A stretch of 63,626 nucleotides of DNA, counting the filler, from Collodictyon triciliatum (taxonomy: Eukaryota), in assembly GCA_043381765.1 (NCBI GenBank). It is 8 parts of 8 records of this genome, joined end to end, with 100 filler letters (N's around TTAATTAATTAA, not from the genome) between each part and the next. Parts side by side here need not be neighbours in the genome. Positions count along the whole stretch, not along the records: positions 1 to 9,954 come from JBHJMP010002843.1; positions 10,055 to 20,002 come from JBHJMP010002844.1; 6 more parts are not named here. One strand, given 5' to 3'. The translations under genes were made by a program, and so were the position numbers. Shown here piece after piece: positions 1 to 12,714 of this stretch (within the stretch, counting starts at the first letter, position 1; the number at the start of each line of letters is the position of its first letter). Below the pieces are notes generated by a model. The model had not been told where the DNA came from and did not search any database. It saw only the letters and a program-made list of their open reading frames with translations.

Positions 1-189
1 GACTCCAAAGTGGTAGGAAAGCCGAAACGAAAGAGGGAAAAGAAAAGAAAACGACGGAGCAAGATGTTTTGTGCGCTTATACGACGCCACGATACCAGGG
101 AATCCAGAGACGAGGCCAAGGTATTACCGCAGAGACCCAGCAAGGATAGACATTATTCTCTCTCTCTTTTTATCTTTTTATCTTTTTAT

Positions 190-308
190 CTTTTTCTCTT
201 TTTCTCTTTTTTCTCTTTTTCTCTTTTTTCTCTTTTTTCTCTTTTTTCTCTTTTTTCTCTTTTTTCTCTTTTTTCTCTTTTTTTCTCTTTTCCTCTTTTT
301 TCTCTTTT
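190..308. repeat. (TTTTTTCTC)n-type simple repeat
   Basis: Directly visible tandem array; it produces the FSLFSL/FFLFFL artefact ORFs 10..381 and 71..331. Confidence 0.9.
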
Positions 309-377
309 TACAATTTTCCTTTCGTGCATAAAATTCTTCATTATATTATGCGTACGACAGAAGCTTGTAGAAAAAAA

Positions 378-1097
378 ATGAGCCTCGCTCGCATCTGCGT
401 CACTCAGCTTCGAGCGTGGTCAAAAAGACTCTCCCAAGCGCAGAATGCTCTTATGACAACAAAAAGTAACCCGCAAGAGTCACAGTCCAAGGCGGAGGAA
501 CTGATTTATGGCTCAGAAGACCGTCCGTGGATGGATGGGTTTGACGCGTTTGTGCAACGCTCAAGAAAAACTTCAGACTCTGTGTGGACAACAAAGAGCG
601 ACTCTACATCATTACCATCCTTTGTGCCCCAAAGTACTTTTTTCATATATTTAGTAGCGCATATATACGTAGACTAATTCTTCTGCTATTCACGTCATTA
701 TTGATTTGATTTCTTAACTCTCCGCCAACTAATTATGCAAGGAACTGTCGTTGCTTCCCGTCTGTGGGAAGTCTCCAGAAAGATTGTTGTTGATTCAACC
801 ATCGACCGGACCAAAATGACGTTTGCGCCAAAGGTTAATGACTGAATAAGTAATACAGCGGCTATGCTGCATCAACTCAAAATAGATGTTATATATTCAT
901 ATCCCACAGAAAAATAATCGATAAAGTGCTCATTTCCAATGGTAGAAAATCACCGATTCATTCAGCGAAGTAATCATTCCCTTTGGGTCAAACCCGGGTC
1001 TCAGAGACCTTTATTCTACATCAGACGGTCGTTTGCGGTACCATCTTTCATTAGATGGTGTGAATATTCGGAATTTAGTCGATTTATTTGGTTACCT

Positions 1098-1143
<46 letters not shown>

Positions 1144-3383
1144 AACTACAGAATGATTTTTATTTAGTCTTTCATACTGTTGAATGATTTAATTATAGAT
1201 TCGGGCTGCTTCTAGAGGATTTGGATGCCTTTGCTGGACATGTAGCGTACAAACACTGTGAAAATCCCGACAATCCGTCCGTCCACAACCAAGTTATAGT
1301 TACTGCATCAGTGAATCGAATTGACCTTCTCAATAAGCTTCATCCTGACAGAGATCTTCGCTTTCGCGGTTTAGTAGCTCGTTTTTTTTTCTAGACAAAA
1401 TGCACAATTTCTAGCACGAAAAGAAAAATGATAACGTGGACATGAACATGAAACCTATCACATACTTAGAATTCATATCCTTAGGTTGTGTCACTTGGGT
1501 CGGTCGTTCCTCTATGAACATACTTATAAAAGTATCATCATGCAGAATCGGTATATCAAACGAGCAGACAAGGCCTAGCGACTGGAACCCAATCAGTAAC
1601 TCGATTTTTTTTTAAAAAAAAATAATTGACAAGTAAATATAACAAGTAAAAGAAAAATATTTAGTATTTAGCATATATTGAATAGTCTCTCCAAATCAAA
1701 TCTAACCAACAAAACGTAAAAACAGTATCTGCAAACTTTATGATGGTTGCGCGATGCCCAAATTCAAACACTGCTGTTCCTGTTCCACGACTAGACATAC
1801 AGAATGACCTTGAACAACGGTGGTTCGATGATGGCGAAGGTTTATCTCATAATGACCAGATTATGTATTTCTTTAATTTTAACTCGATACATACATATAT
1901 TAAAAAAACGTGTCTTATTCGCGACTTTGGCTGCTGGTAACTATACCAAGTCCCAGCACACCTCGACTAAACAGGAAATTTAAATACTGGTATCCGATGG
2001 GAATATTCTTGCATTTATCAAGCTCAATATCATAAAATATGTAAATATTTTGAATTTCAGAATCGCACAAGGCAATGCTTCAAATGAGGGAATCGTCTGT
2101 TTTCCATAAACCACCGGTATGATAGTGATGGCATTATCAAACGATTCATAGACCATGCATTTGAATTTTCATGACTCACATGCTCTGGATACAGGAACAA
2201 TATTCTTGATTTGTTATGTATATCCTACATCATCATGTCTTGTCATTATTGCAAAAATCTTACTCCCAGTCAAAATGAACAGACTGCTACCGAGAGCGAG
2301 CTCATCCATTCGCTTTATCTTGAAAATTCGAAAAACAAAGAAATCCAACCTGAAAAATCCTTTCGCTTTATGAGCCAGACTGCGACTCAGTCGGTTATAT
2401 TTTGTCATCCTCAAGTGGGTCTATGCGATAGATAATCCATTTGGTCCTAACTGGTTATATATTTGGCGATGGTTCTCTGACACTATGCTAGATTCTGAAT
2501 CATGACTAAATAAATCTCGATTTTTCATATTCCCAACTATTCTTCCATACAATAATTGATGAGCCTTATTTTCCTTCTTTTTCTTTTTCTTTTTCTTTTT
2601 CTTTTTCTTTTTCTTTTTCTTTTTGTCTTTTCTAGGAGCGCAACATCCACAACAAAATATTTGGAGGATTCCTGATGCGACAGGCCTACGACTTGGCCTT
2701 CACAAACGCATACCTATACGTAGGCGACCGCCCATACTTTCTCGCCTTGGATGATATCAGGTACATCCCTTCACAACTGAATATATCAGACAACTATAAA
2801 ACACTCGGTAACGTTTCGAAAAGTGTCGCCCATGAATAGAATTTCTCTTCACTGAGGACATCTTCTGTTTTATTTTTTTCATAGTACAAAAAGAGAAAAG
2901 TGAAGAAAAAGAAAAAAAACCAAATTGATTTCTATTCACACCATATCCACGTATAACTTCCGCCAGCTTCCTCAAACCAGTGGAAATCGGCTCCATCTGC
3001 GACTTCAAATCCAAAGTTGTGTATGCACAAGGCTACCCACACGGTTCGATACAAGTGCAGGTATCAGCCGAGGTGGTGAATCCGAAGCTCAATACACGAG
3101 ACGTCACAAACGTGTTCCACTTCATCTTTGCATCCCCTTCCACACGTGTCAAGAAGGTTATACATCGATTATCCTATATCGCATGCTTGCTCATTTTATA
3201 TCACCCACACACCAACACAACAACTAAGATGCTGCAGTGAGCCAAACAAATCCTAAAGAAATCCCCAACATGCAGCTCATCCCAGAAACCTACTCGGACT
3301 TCCTTGTCTACCTGGACGCAATGCGCAGACATGTTCGCGGGCGAGACAAACGCGTGGCCACATCCCTGGTGCAGAGCTATTGA
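378..3383 (+). CDS. ACOT9: Acyl-CoA thioesterase 9-like (double hotdog fold), copy A, 11 exons, probable mitochondrial presequence
   Basis: GT-AG exons join in phase: FGLLLEDLDAFAGHVAYKHC, IVTASVNRIDL, GCVTWVGRSSM, ANFMMVAR, HPQ|ERNIHNKIFGGFLMRQAYDLA, FLKPVEIGS, TNVFHFIF, LIPETYSD. ATG at 378, TGA at 3381-3383. Confidence 0.9.
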
Positions 3384-3509
3384 TTGCCATCACAATTGTA
3401 ATCACAACCACAATCACAATTACAATCACGGAATGGAATTGAACAGGATGAAGGACAAAAATATAAAGAAATAAGGGGAAAAAAAGAATAAAGCTTACAA
3501 AAGGCCACA

Positions 3510-3810
3510 AAACACCGCACGCGACCGACCATATATGGCCATATCCAAAGCAACACCCACGCTCACTGTTCCAAAACAAACCGCACGCACGCGACAAGAG
3601 GCCGACACCATTTGCAGAACCGCACCAAATCCGTCCCAAATTCACTGAAACCCGCCGAAACAAAGCGCACGCGCAGACCCCGCACGCGCACCAACGCACG
3701 CGCACAACTCAGAGGGAGCGGCAGGGCAGCCAATATGGAGAGCGTGCGTGTAATCAGAGTCGAGGGTATATATAGAGCCAATAGATATAAGATTCAGCCA
3801 GCCCAATGGT
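3510..3810 (+). promoter_or_regulatory. Putative promoter of the second thioesterase: CArG-like CCATATATGG (3529-3538), repeated CGCACGC motifs, three CCAAT boxes, TATA-like TATATATAG
   Basis: The motifs are visible in a CpG-rich stretch 130-430 nt upstream of ATG 3941. Function is inferred only. Confidence 0.4.
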
Positions 3811-3940
3811 GCGCTGTGTCTGAATCATATCTATCCTCACAGCATGAATCATAGGCAAGACTAAAATCAATGTCGTCATCATCACTACTATCATCATCAT
3901 CATCACCATCACAACAGAAAGTCTTCGCGCAAGCCCCGCC

Positions 3941-6701
3941 ATGCTGAGCTGGTTTGGAATGCCGGCCAAGGCCTCGCAGACCGTCTGCGCCGGATGGCAG
4001 AGCGCCAACCGCGTACAGCAGCTCAAGAACCTGCACGCGCGCCACGGCAGCACGGGCGACGTGAACGCATCCGCCGACGAGAAGGACGACGAAGACCGCG
4101 ACGACAACGTCACGTCCTGGACAGACACCTTTGACGACTACGTCCTCGAGAAGGCCACCGCCGAACCCTCTGTCTGGGGCTCTGCCCGCCCCGCCGCCGC
4201 CCCGGGCTCCCACTCCGCCTACGTGGGCCACCGTGAGTCTCCCCTGCCGCCTGCACATGCCTTTTATGGGCCGTGCCCTCACGCCTCTGCTCTCTAGGCA
4301 CCATCGTGGCCTCCCGCATCTGGTCCGAGGCAAAGACCCACTCGTCCGTCCAGATCGTCGAGCTGCGCTTGCCCGACTACAGCAAGGTTTGCCCCTGCAA
4401 CTCTCTTTTCTTTTACTTTATCTATTTCTTTTTCTTTTTCTTTTTCTTTTTCTTTTTCTTTTTCCTTTTCTTTTTCTTTTTCTTTTTCTTCATTATCTTT
4501 TCTGTTCCCTCAGTATGCAGCCGATTCGTTCTGTGAGGTGATCCTCCCTTTCGGCTCGGACCTGAGACTCCGCGAGCAGTATGTTACGCACTATGGGATC
4601 CTACAGTAAGTGTGAGCCGCGCTTGAAGCTCTGCGCATCCCTATTTTCCCATTCCATTTCTTCTTTGCCGTGCTGTTTTATTTAATTTATTAACTTTTTA
4701 TGTCGATTTCGGGTCCGCCTCTATGCTTAATGATTGCGCTATCGAACTCAGATTCGGCCTTGTCCTGGAGGATTTGGATGCCTTTGCCTGGTATGTGGCC
4801 AGCAAGCATTGCCAAGATCCCGCAAATCCTTCGCACAAACCGTATAACATTGTGACGGCCTCTGTTAACCGTATCGACCTGATCAATAAGCTCAAGTCTG
4901 ACCGAGACCTGAGAATGAGAGGTATGGATGATTTGTCTTACCTTCCCTGCAAAAGTGAGCAGGATGCATCACGCTCCTCTCAATTCTAACAAGACCTGCA
5001 ATTATATCAGTTATGTGTTACCAATTGAATGTATTTCTATGCGATAAAGGCTGCGTCACATGGGTGGGTCGCTCCTCCATGACCATCCGTATTCAGATCT
5101 CCTCCTGCCGTGCGGGCTCGTATACACCTGACACAAAGCCAAGCGACTGGCGTCCAATCAGTAATAACTTGATTGTATATATCACGTCGGCTATCCCATT
5201 TATTCTCAGGAGCATTTAAATTATCATTGAGCTCAAAGGATCATTTATCCTCGCTCGAATCTTACAATTGATTGCCACGTTAGTCTATGCCAACTTTACA
5301 ATGGTTGCTCGTGATCCCTCCACAAACGAGGCTGCAGTTGTCCCGCGTTTGATCATTTCAAGCTCCTTAGAGCAGAAATGGTTCGATGAGGGTGTTGGTG
5401 AGTTCACACATACCCTTTTACACCATCATCAAGATTATATTTTCCTCGTCTTGTTTGCATGTGCAAAAAAAAAAAAACCGGATCCGACCAACAAGTCTCC
5501 TCCATCATAATAGAAGCTCATAAGCTAATTCAGCAATCCAAGGAAAGCTCGGTGTATAAGAAACCCCCGGTGAGTACTGAATATCCTAATCACGTGCCAC
5601 TCATTCAGCATTCCTTCTCAAATTATGGCTTTATTCACACTGACCACCAACAAACAGACTCTAGAGGAAAGCGATGTAATCCACAAATTGTATCTCGAGA
5701 ACCAAGAAACAATTGCCTCCAACGGCGACAAACATTTCACTTATATGGGCGATACTACGATGCAATCCGTCTCATTTTGTCATCCCCAGGTAAACTTGTG
5801 TAGTTATACTCGTTTTTTTTCTTGTTTTTTGTTCGCACTATGTTACATGATACAACGTCGACCGAAATTGACGAGGATTGAACCGTGCAGGAGCGAAATA
5901 ACCACTACAAGATTTTCGGAGGATTTTTGATGCGTCAAGCTTACGACCTGGCGTACAGTAACGCGTTCCTATACACAGGCTATCGCCCGTATTTCCTGGC
6001 CATGGATGACATCAGGTAATGCAAAAAATAAAACTGCCTCATCGCCCATTCTTAAAACCGCATAATGATGCCTAAACATCTTGGTACGTACTCTCTCTTG
6101 CGTGGTATTCTAACTGGCTGTCATTCTCTTCTCTTTTTTTTTTTTTTTTATCAACTATTTGGCAGCTTCCTGAGGCCTGTGGAGATAGGCTCCATTCTAG
6201 ACTTCAAATCGAAGGTTGTATATGCCCCAGGATACCCCAGCGCATCTATTCAAGTGAGTTGTGAATCATCATGAGTGTCATATCGTCATTCACGTAATTG
6301 CTAAACTACCCTCCTGCTTTTGTCGGCGGCGATATGATCGATTTTATATAATTATAGGTTCAAGTGTCTGCGGAAGTCATCAACCCAAAGTTAAATACTC
6401 GTGATGTGACGAATGTGTTTCACTTCATCTTTGCTTGCCCTCACGCCCACGTGAAAAAGGTATGGCATTATCTAGTTTCAACCTGCAAGTTCCTAGAATT
6501 CTGGAGGGAAAAAAAAACCAACCATCATGTGTTCCTCGACATATGGCACCCACAGCCTCGATACTCATCGCAATCAATCAACTCAAATGACAGCTCATGC
6601 CAGAAACATACTCGGACTTCATGGTGTACCTTGAGGCCATGCGCAGACACGAGCGCGGAAGAGATAAACAAGTCGCACCGTCGCTCGTTCGCAACTACTA
6701 A
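3941..6701 (+). CDS. ACOT9: Acyl-CoA thioesterase 9-like, copy B (tandem paralogue), 12 exons
   Basis: Same motifs as copy A: FGLVLEDLDAF, IVTASVNRIDL, GCVTWVGRSSM, ERNNHYKIFGGFLMRQAY, FLRPVEIGS, LMPETYSD. TAA at 6699-6701. Intron positions are shared with copy A except one extra. Confidence 0.9.
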
Positions 6702-7569
6702 TATCAATGTACATGATGTCCGGTGGCCCGTGACTCCCTCTCCCTCGCTCTCTCTCCCGCTTCGTTGCTCACCTTTGCACCTAAAAAGGAGCTCCCAATA
6801 CCATTGAAAGTTAATGACCAGATGGCGGCTGGAAACAATGCTCCTGTATTGTCTAAAACCTCCATTCCAATACTCTCTTCCTGTTATCATCTCCCCCTCT
6901 CCATATCCACACACATGCGTCAATATCCAGCCCCAGATAGCAGAGAATCTCTCGGAGATGTTTCCATACCCTGAAGGGTGCTATCCATCTTTATCGTAGA
7001 ATAAAATCACAGAAAGAACTTGCATTATCGAAACTAACACTGAATACTGGGCGTAGAGACCGCTTGAGACCTGAGTCAGTAACGTGAATACTTGCCCGGA
7101 CCGTGGATAAAGGATTAATTTATTTTTGTCCCGAGGGCGCATATTTTGACAGAAGGCACCGAAAAGAGCCCTGTAATCTGAGTTGCTCCACCCGGCGCGG
7201 TTAACTAGAGATGTATGGACGGACAAATATAGCCCAGTGATGAGTCGTTTGGTTCACCCCTCAGATGGCCGCTTTCCTATAATTTGAAAGAGTGATTCGC
7301 TGCAACTCTAATATGTGGATACTTCGAATCCAAGAGCGGGTTTTTTTTTCCGTGTATGTAAGTTGGTCAGTAGACAAACCAATTGCCGAATATTTGCTAG
7401 AATACAATTGGGTGTGAGATGAGCTAGGACAATGGAAACACCGATTATTTTAATATTATTTTATTTTATGATTCGAACAGACAAACAAAATAAGTGAATC
7501 GACCAGGCGTTCTCACATGCCATCAAAGTCTGCACAGGCAGTAATACAGTGCTTTGTTTTATAGGCTGC

Positions 7570-9954
7570 ATGGGGGATTTGGATGGCCCCTTCAAAGGAC
7601 ATGATGAAAATGCACATGTGGGCGAAATACAAGATTCACAAGCTGGCCCATCATTGAGCACGCCATGCGACGAGGTCTCCATGGTGTTGCCAGAACATAC
7701 CTCTGACTGCATAAAAATGATGAAGGAAAACGCAGTCTCTAACTTTATGATTGGCCATGACCAAGAGGCTCGTCGACTCCTTCAAGAACTTGGTCGGCTA
7801 ACTATTCCAGGTTATCCAGAGTGTTGCACAGAAACCATCCACGTTGTGGCTTGGCATGGTTTGGTAGATATTGTGCCCTTACTATTGGGCAAAGAACACT
7901 CACTTGATGCTCTTGATGGCTTTAACTGGACCCCGTTACATGCAGCAGCTTACGCGGGGCAAATAGACTTTGTAAGGCACATAATTCGTTTCTATCCGGC
8001 CTATTTTCATATTGATTCGCCTGACGAAGCGGGATGCACTCCTTTGATGGCCGCAGCCAGGCAAGGGCAAAGGGATATAATTGAAATATTACTTAGAAAC
8101 GGTGCTGATTTGAGTCGGTGCGATGCTTCTGGGCGGCATTGCTGGGATTATGCCAGTGATGGAGGCCATAAGCAATTGGAGGATTATCTGATTGACATGT
8201 TTCGTAAAACAGTGATGGAGAACACCAAAAGTCCTAAAACTTCGAGTGTCAACACCCTCGCTCAAGCAAAACTTGGGACATCAAATGCAGAAATAAGAGA
8301 GTGTACAGAATTTGAAACATACACGGGCGTTGGCGAGCGATGGGTCAATCAGGAATCTCATCAGGAACAGTTTTTCATAAAACCCGTGAGCGAGGGATTT
8401 CATGGCGCCGCTATTAAAACGGCAGGTACAATCTGTTTGGCATCTGTGTATTGTACTTTTCCATATGATAAATTATTGCTTTTTGGTACTGAATACGTTT
8501 TTTTTTTTTTCATACATTTGATACGGTGGAAGAATTCTTTTTGATTATATTTTTTATTTTTACGAAACGTATTCATAATGAAATTACTATCCCTTGTTGC
8601 AGTATATAGAAAAGGTAAAGAACACAACCCAGAGATAGCCGAGCAACCGTACAATGACATTCCCATGCCTTCGAAACCAGTATTTCTGTCGCTCGTTTCC
8701 GTTGCTCAAACTGTCTTGTTGATAATAATTTTGAACAACGGTGGGATTGTATCACTAAAGTAATAGATCATTTGAATCATCGCCTTTGATAGTCTTTAGC
8801 TATTTACAAAAGATTGGCCTTTTTATGCGCTTTCTTCCTTATAAATGCAGTTTTGTCTACACGTATGATGAAATCTATATTTTGAAATGGTTTACTATAT
8901 TTATTGAACTGCCTGTTTTGCCAGAGAAAATCATGCCCTCGGTCCAGAGTTGAGTGATGTCCACATGTACGGTATGAACTTGACGTGCCTTCTCCATATT
9001 GAGCAACTACAGCCGTGCCAGATTACATCTCATACAAGAAATGTTTTAAATGGATATCACACTAACGATATGAAGAATCAATTGGTTCATGATAGGTGCT
9101 AGAGACACAGAGAAAATCATGGAAGGACAATGGTGGCGATGGCTGACGGCGATGTTTGTGCATTCAGGAATCTTTCATATGTTATGTATACTATTTGGGC
9201 ATTGGTGCGTTTGCCAACACATCGAGAGAAAGTACGGAACTTTCCCAGTGGGAGTTGTCTACATAGGAGGCGGGATAATGAGAACACTTTTTTCTGGTAA
9301 TATATTTGAACATTTGAGGGGATCCGAAATAATGTTCGCATCTATGATATATATTTGTTCCTCATCAACGAGAAATAGAAAAACACGCTACCGTGCTAAT
9401 GAAACTATGTCTGCATTTGAGCCAGAGCTTTAACAAATATGCACTTTACTTAGCACTTTTTCAGCCCTTGGAAGTTAGCTATGGCTCCAGTGGTGCTATG
9501 TTTGCAACTTTGGCTCTCATACCGGTTGATTTGATAAAGAACTGGGAGATTATTGTCCAACCGACCAGAATTATCGTTATTTATACGATTTGTGTAGGAT
9601 TGTCGTTTGCTGCCGGGCTTCTTCCTTTAGTACTATGCGTTAATGTTTTAAAATCATATCATTTATAAATTGAAATATTTTTCCACCAGTGCTTTTTTCT
9701 ATGTATATCCGTTAACATTATATATGCGAAAAGATAATCTTCTGATTTTATTTGATAGGTAGACAACTTTTCACACATCGGCGGTTTTGTAGGAGGCTTC
9801 TTCATTTCCCTCTTTGTTGTTTTGGACATCCCTAGAAATTGCTTATATATCCGCAAATTGGCTCGACTGGCTGGTATCATATTATATCTGGCGCTATTGA
9901 CAGCCTCCTTTGTGTGGGTATATACCAGTAAAAAACCATTGTGTGACTGGTGCC
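7570..9954 (+). CDS. Ankyrin-repeat rhomboid intramembrane serine protease (3' end cut by contig end)
   Basis: Exon 1 has ankyrin repeats (WTPLHAAAYAG, CTPLMAAARQG). Phase-compatible splicing leads to ENHALGP, GQWWRWLTAMFVHSGIFH, YGSSGAMF (catalytic Ser), DNFSHIGGF (catalytic His) and a final CDWC. Confidence 0.82.
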
Positions 9955-10054
9955 NNNNNNNNNNNNNNNNNNNNNNNNNNNNNNNNNNNNNNNNNNNNTT
10001 AATTAATTAANNNNNNNNNNNNNNNNNNNNNNNNNNNNNNNNNNNNNNNNNNNN
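9955..10054. other. Artificial contig linker N44-TTAATTAATTAA-N44; identical linkers at 20003-20102, 30048-30147, 40091-40190, 50123-50222, 60153-60252 and 62282-62381
   Basis: Seven identical 100-nt blocks with stop codons in all six frames. Confidence 0.99.
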
Positions 10055-11340
10055 AACAAACTTTGGGAAGAGTCCATCCAATTGCGCTTACCGGACAGCG
10101 AAGGCCTTTGCCTGATCGCCTTCCGCACTGCAGAAAACGCCCGAAAGCTTCTGAAGCTGAAGTAGGTAAGTTTGATCGATATTACGAGCAGCTTCAGCAG
10201 AAGTAAACCAACAGAGACCTCGGAGATGCTCTACCAACTACCGCTGGACGTGTGGCTGCAACTCCTTCGTGAGGAGCTGAAGCCGTTCAGACCGACCCAC
10301 GCGGACATCAAAAAGGACAAAGGCCTCTTTACAGATACAGCCGTGGTGAAGTTTCTTTGTCACAAGAACCAGCTCCCTGCAAAGTTTACGGTCATGTGCA
10401 AAAAGGTGTCCAAAGCGCATCCTCAAAGAGCGTCCGCCAGCCGCGAAGAACGAACGACAAGTAAAAGCCCCACAAAAGAATACACCTGCCAAGTACACAA
10501 GCAACAACGGGGTCGGGGAAGCCTATTCCAGGCAACAACAGAGTCCAAAAGACCCACAGCAGATACGCGCATACAGCGACAGCGACGGTGACATGGAAGG
10601 AAATCTCGGTTCCTCTTCAGAATCCTCGCATTCGAGTCCTCCATCACCACTGCCAACGCTGGACAAGCTCGCACATCGCAAGGCCCAAGAGCAGCGCATC
10701 TCCAAACCCGAAAGAAATCTCCTTAAACTAACCATTCAGACTGACTTGAGTATGGTTGACATAGGAGTCATCAAGACAGTCTTCGTTACTTATCCGAAAG
10801 GATACCTCAAAGCGAAGGCATCACAAGAACCAGCGCCCACCAAAGATAGTCCGTTTATCCTTTCCCAGCCCGTCGCACCGAGAACAAACAGCACAAGTCG
10901 AATCCAAGCTTGGAACTTCACAAAATGAAGACAGTCCGAGCAAGCAGGAGCAAATGTTTCTAAAACCACAAACGCGTATCCATACTCCGGTTAAGCAAAG
11001 TCCACTGCCGGCTACGCATGGCTCCGAAACCAGGGGATGTTCAAGCTCCACTTCCACTAATACCAAAGAAACAACGATGTATCGCTTTTTGTCTGAGTCG
11101 CCCAGCAAGAAACGCAAGGAAAGTGGCCCGTTGTCCCCTCAAAAGACTCATCCTGTGTAATGAAATAGGATGTAAATCTTGTCTGAGAAAGATGGTTGAA
11201 AGGACTCGTCTGAATCGATTCTCGAAGCAACTGATGTGTGCGTACTTTCATCGACCCGACAACTTTATCCGCTCTTCTTTCAGTCTCGAATACAACCAGA
11301 AAGACACTGGGGCTGATTCACCTCGGGTAGAATAGTCTGC
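10055..11340 (+). mobile_element. Possible degenerate non-LTR retrotransposon ORF1 (gag/RRM-like) relic
   Basis: Intron-free coding-like stretch (LIAFRTAENARKLL*...LYQLPLDVWLQLLREELKPF...KGLFTDTAVVKF) with an in-frame TAG at 10163 and fragmented S/P/K-rich ORFs downstream. The ORF1 RRM resemblance is by eye, and no RT is seen. Confidence 0.3.
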
Positions 11341-12208
11341 GTATGAGGAAACTTTCTCTCCTTTCTATTCTTCTCCTTTTTTTTTTCTTTTCTTCACCCA
11401 TAACACAAAAACTCCAACCACACAATCTGGGGGTTTCATCTATCTTTTTTTTTTTTCGCTGCCGGCCCCTTTCCTTATAGGCAGCAAATCATATTATAAT
11501 CATCATTATCAGTATCACATTTATTACTATCGTTATTTTGGTTTTGTTACATGAAAAAGTTGAATGGCGAAGAGAACACACCAGAAATTACCTAAGCAAT
11601 AGATAAAGCAGTCAAGATCTTTGGATCACCTTATCGATCAATATCTACAGCGCCTCTCCACCTTTGCCCGGAAGAAGGGTTGAATCGCTGCCGGCTGCCA
11701 TCACACAAAAAGCAAAAAAACAAAATTCGTTCTGACTGCCCTGATTTAGCATGATTTCTCGGCAGCCTTGCTCCAGATGGTGATTCATACCATTCCCGTC
11801 CACCGTTTGAATTTTCGAAACAATGACAGCAGGGAAGTAATCAATCACCAAAGCAAACAAAATCAAACCAAAACCAAAACAAAACAAAAAGAGTGGAATA
11901 AGGATGCGAGATCTGTCTCGATGAATCAACATGGTTGACGGCCACAACGCCCAACTGTACTCTTCGTTCCCCTTCCTTGTCCAACCCTGCCAAACCTGCA
12001 AGATTATTCCGACCCATCCATAATATAGACATCCACCAGAGAAAATAACATGCCTGTTCTCATCTTCGAGGCAAAAACAAAAAAATAAAGATAAAAACAA
12101 AACAAAACATAAAAGAAGCAAAAACAAAATAACTTTTTGTTTACAACGCGGATAATAGAAAAAAAAGAAAGGACAAGGGTTCAACTAGGCCAGCTCGACA
12201 CGCTTTGA

Positions 12209-12678
12209 ATGGACTTGGAGGCACGGGCTTTGGAAAATGACTTCGGCGACGAACCAATGGACTCGGGCCGAAACTGTGCTGATATTTTCCAGGCATTTGG
12301 CCGCTTCTGCTGCGAAGCCAAAGCCGAAGGCAGTTGCTGGTTTCGAACATATTCTGTCTGGAATGGTGTGTTCTGGTTATTCAGTGTCTGCACTGTCTTT
12401 GCCATGCTTCTGGTTCTCGCCTTCTTTGGGCAGCTGTTTTGGGCGCTGTTGGAAACCCGCCCTGTGTGGAATCTCACAACCCCGCTCAGCGATCCGCTTC
12501 GGTTTTCCCACGAGACGTATTATGCTGTTATCAAAATTCAGCCGCAGGTGTGGACAAATCCTGTGTCTGTGAAGTGGACTCACGTGGATACGCGGGATAG
12601 TTTTGTGCAGATCATAGGAATTGGTTTGCTTTTCTTTAGCCATTTTATCTTATCCGTTATAGTGCTTTTATGATGATG

Positions 12679-12714
<36 letters not shown>

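Noticed and set aside
11560-12050. Short exon-like segments upstream of the membrane RING gene
   Set aside because: No consistent reading frame or recognisable domain could be assembled.
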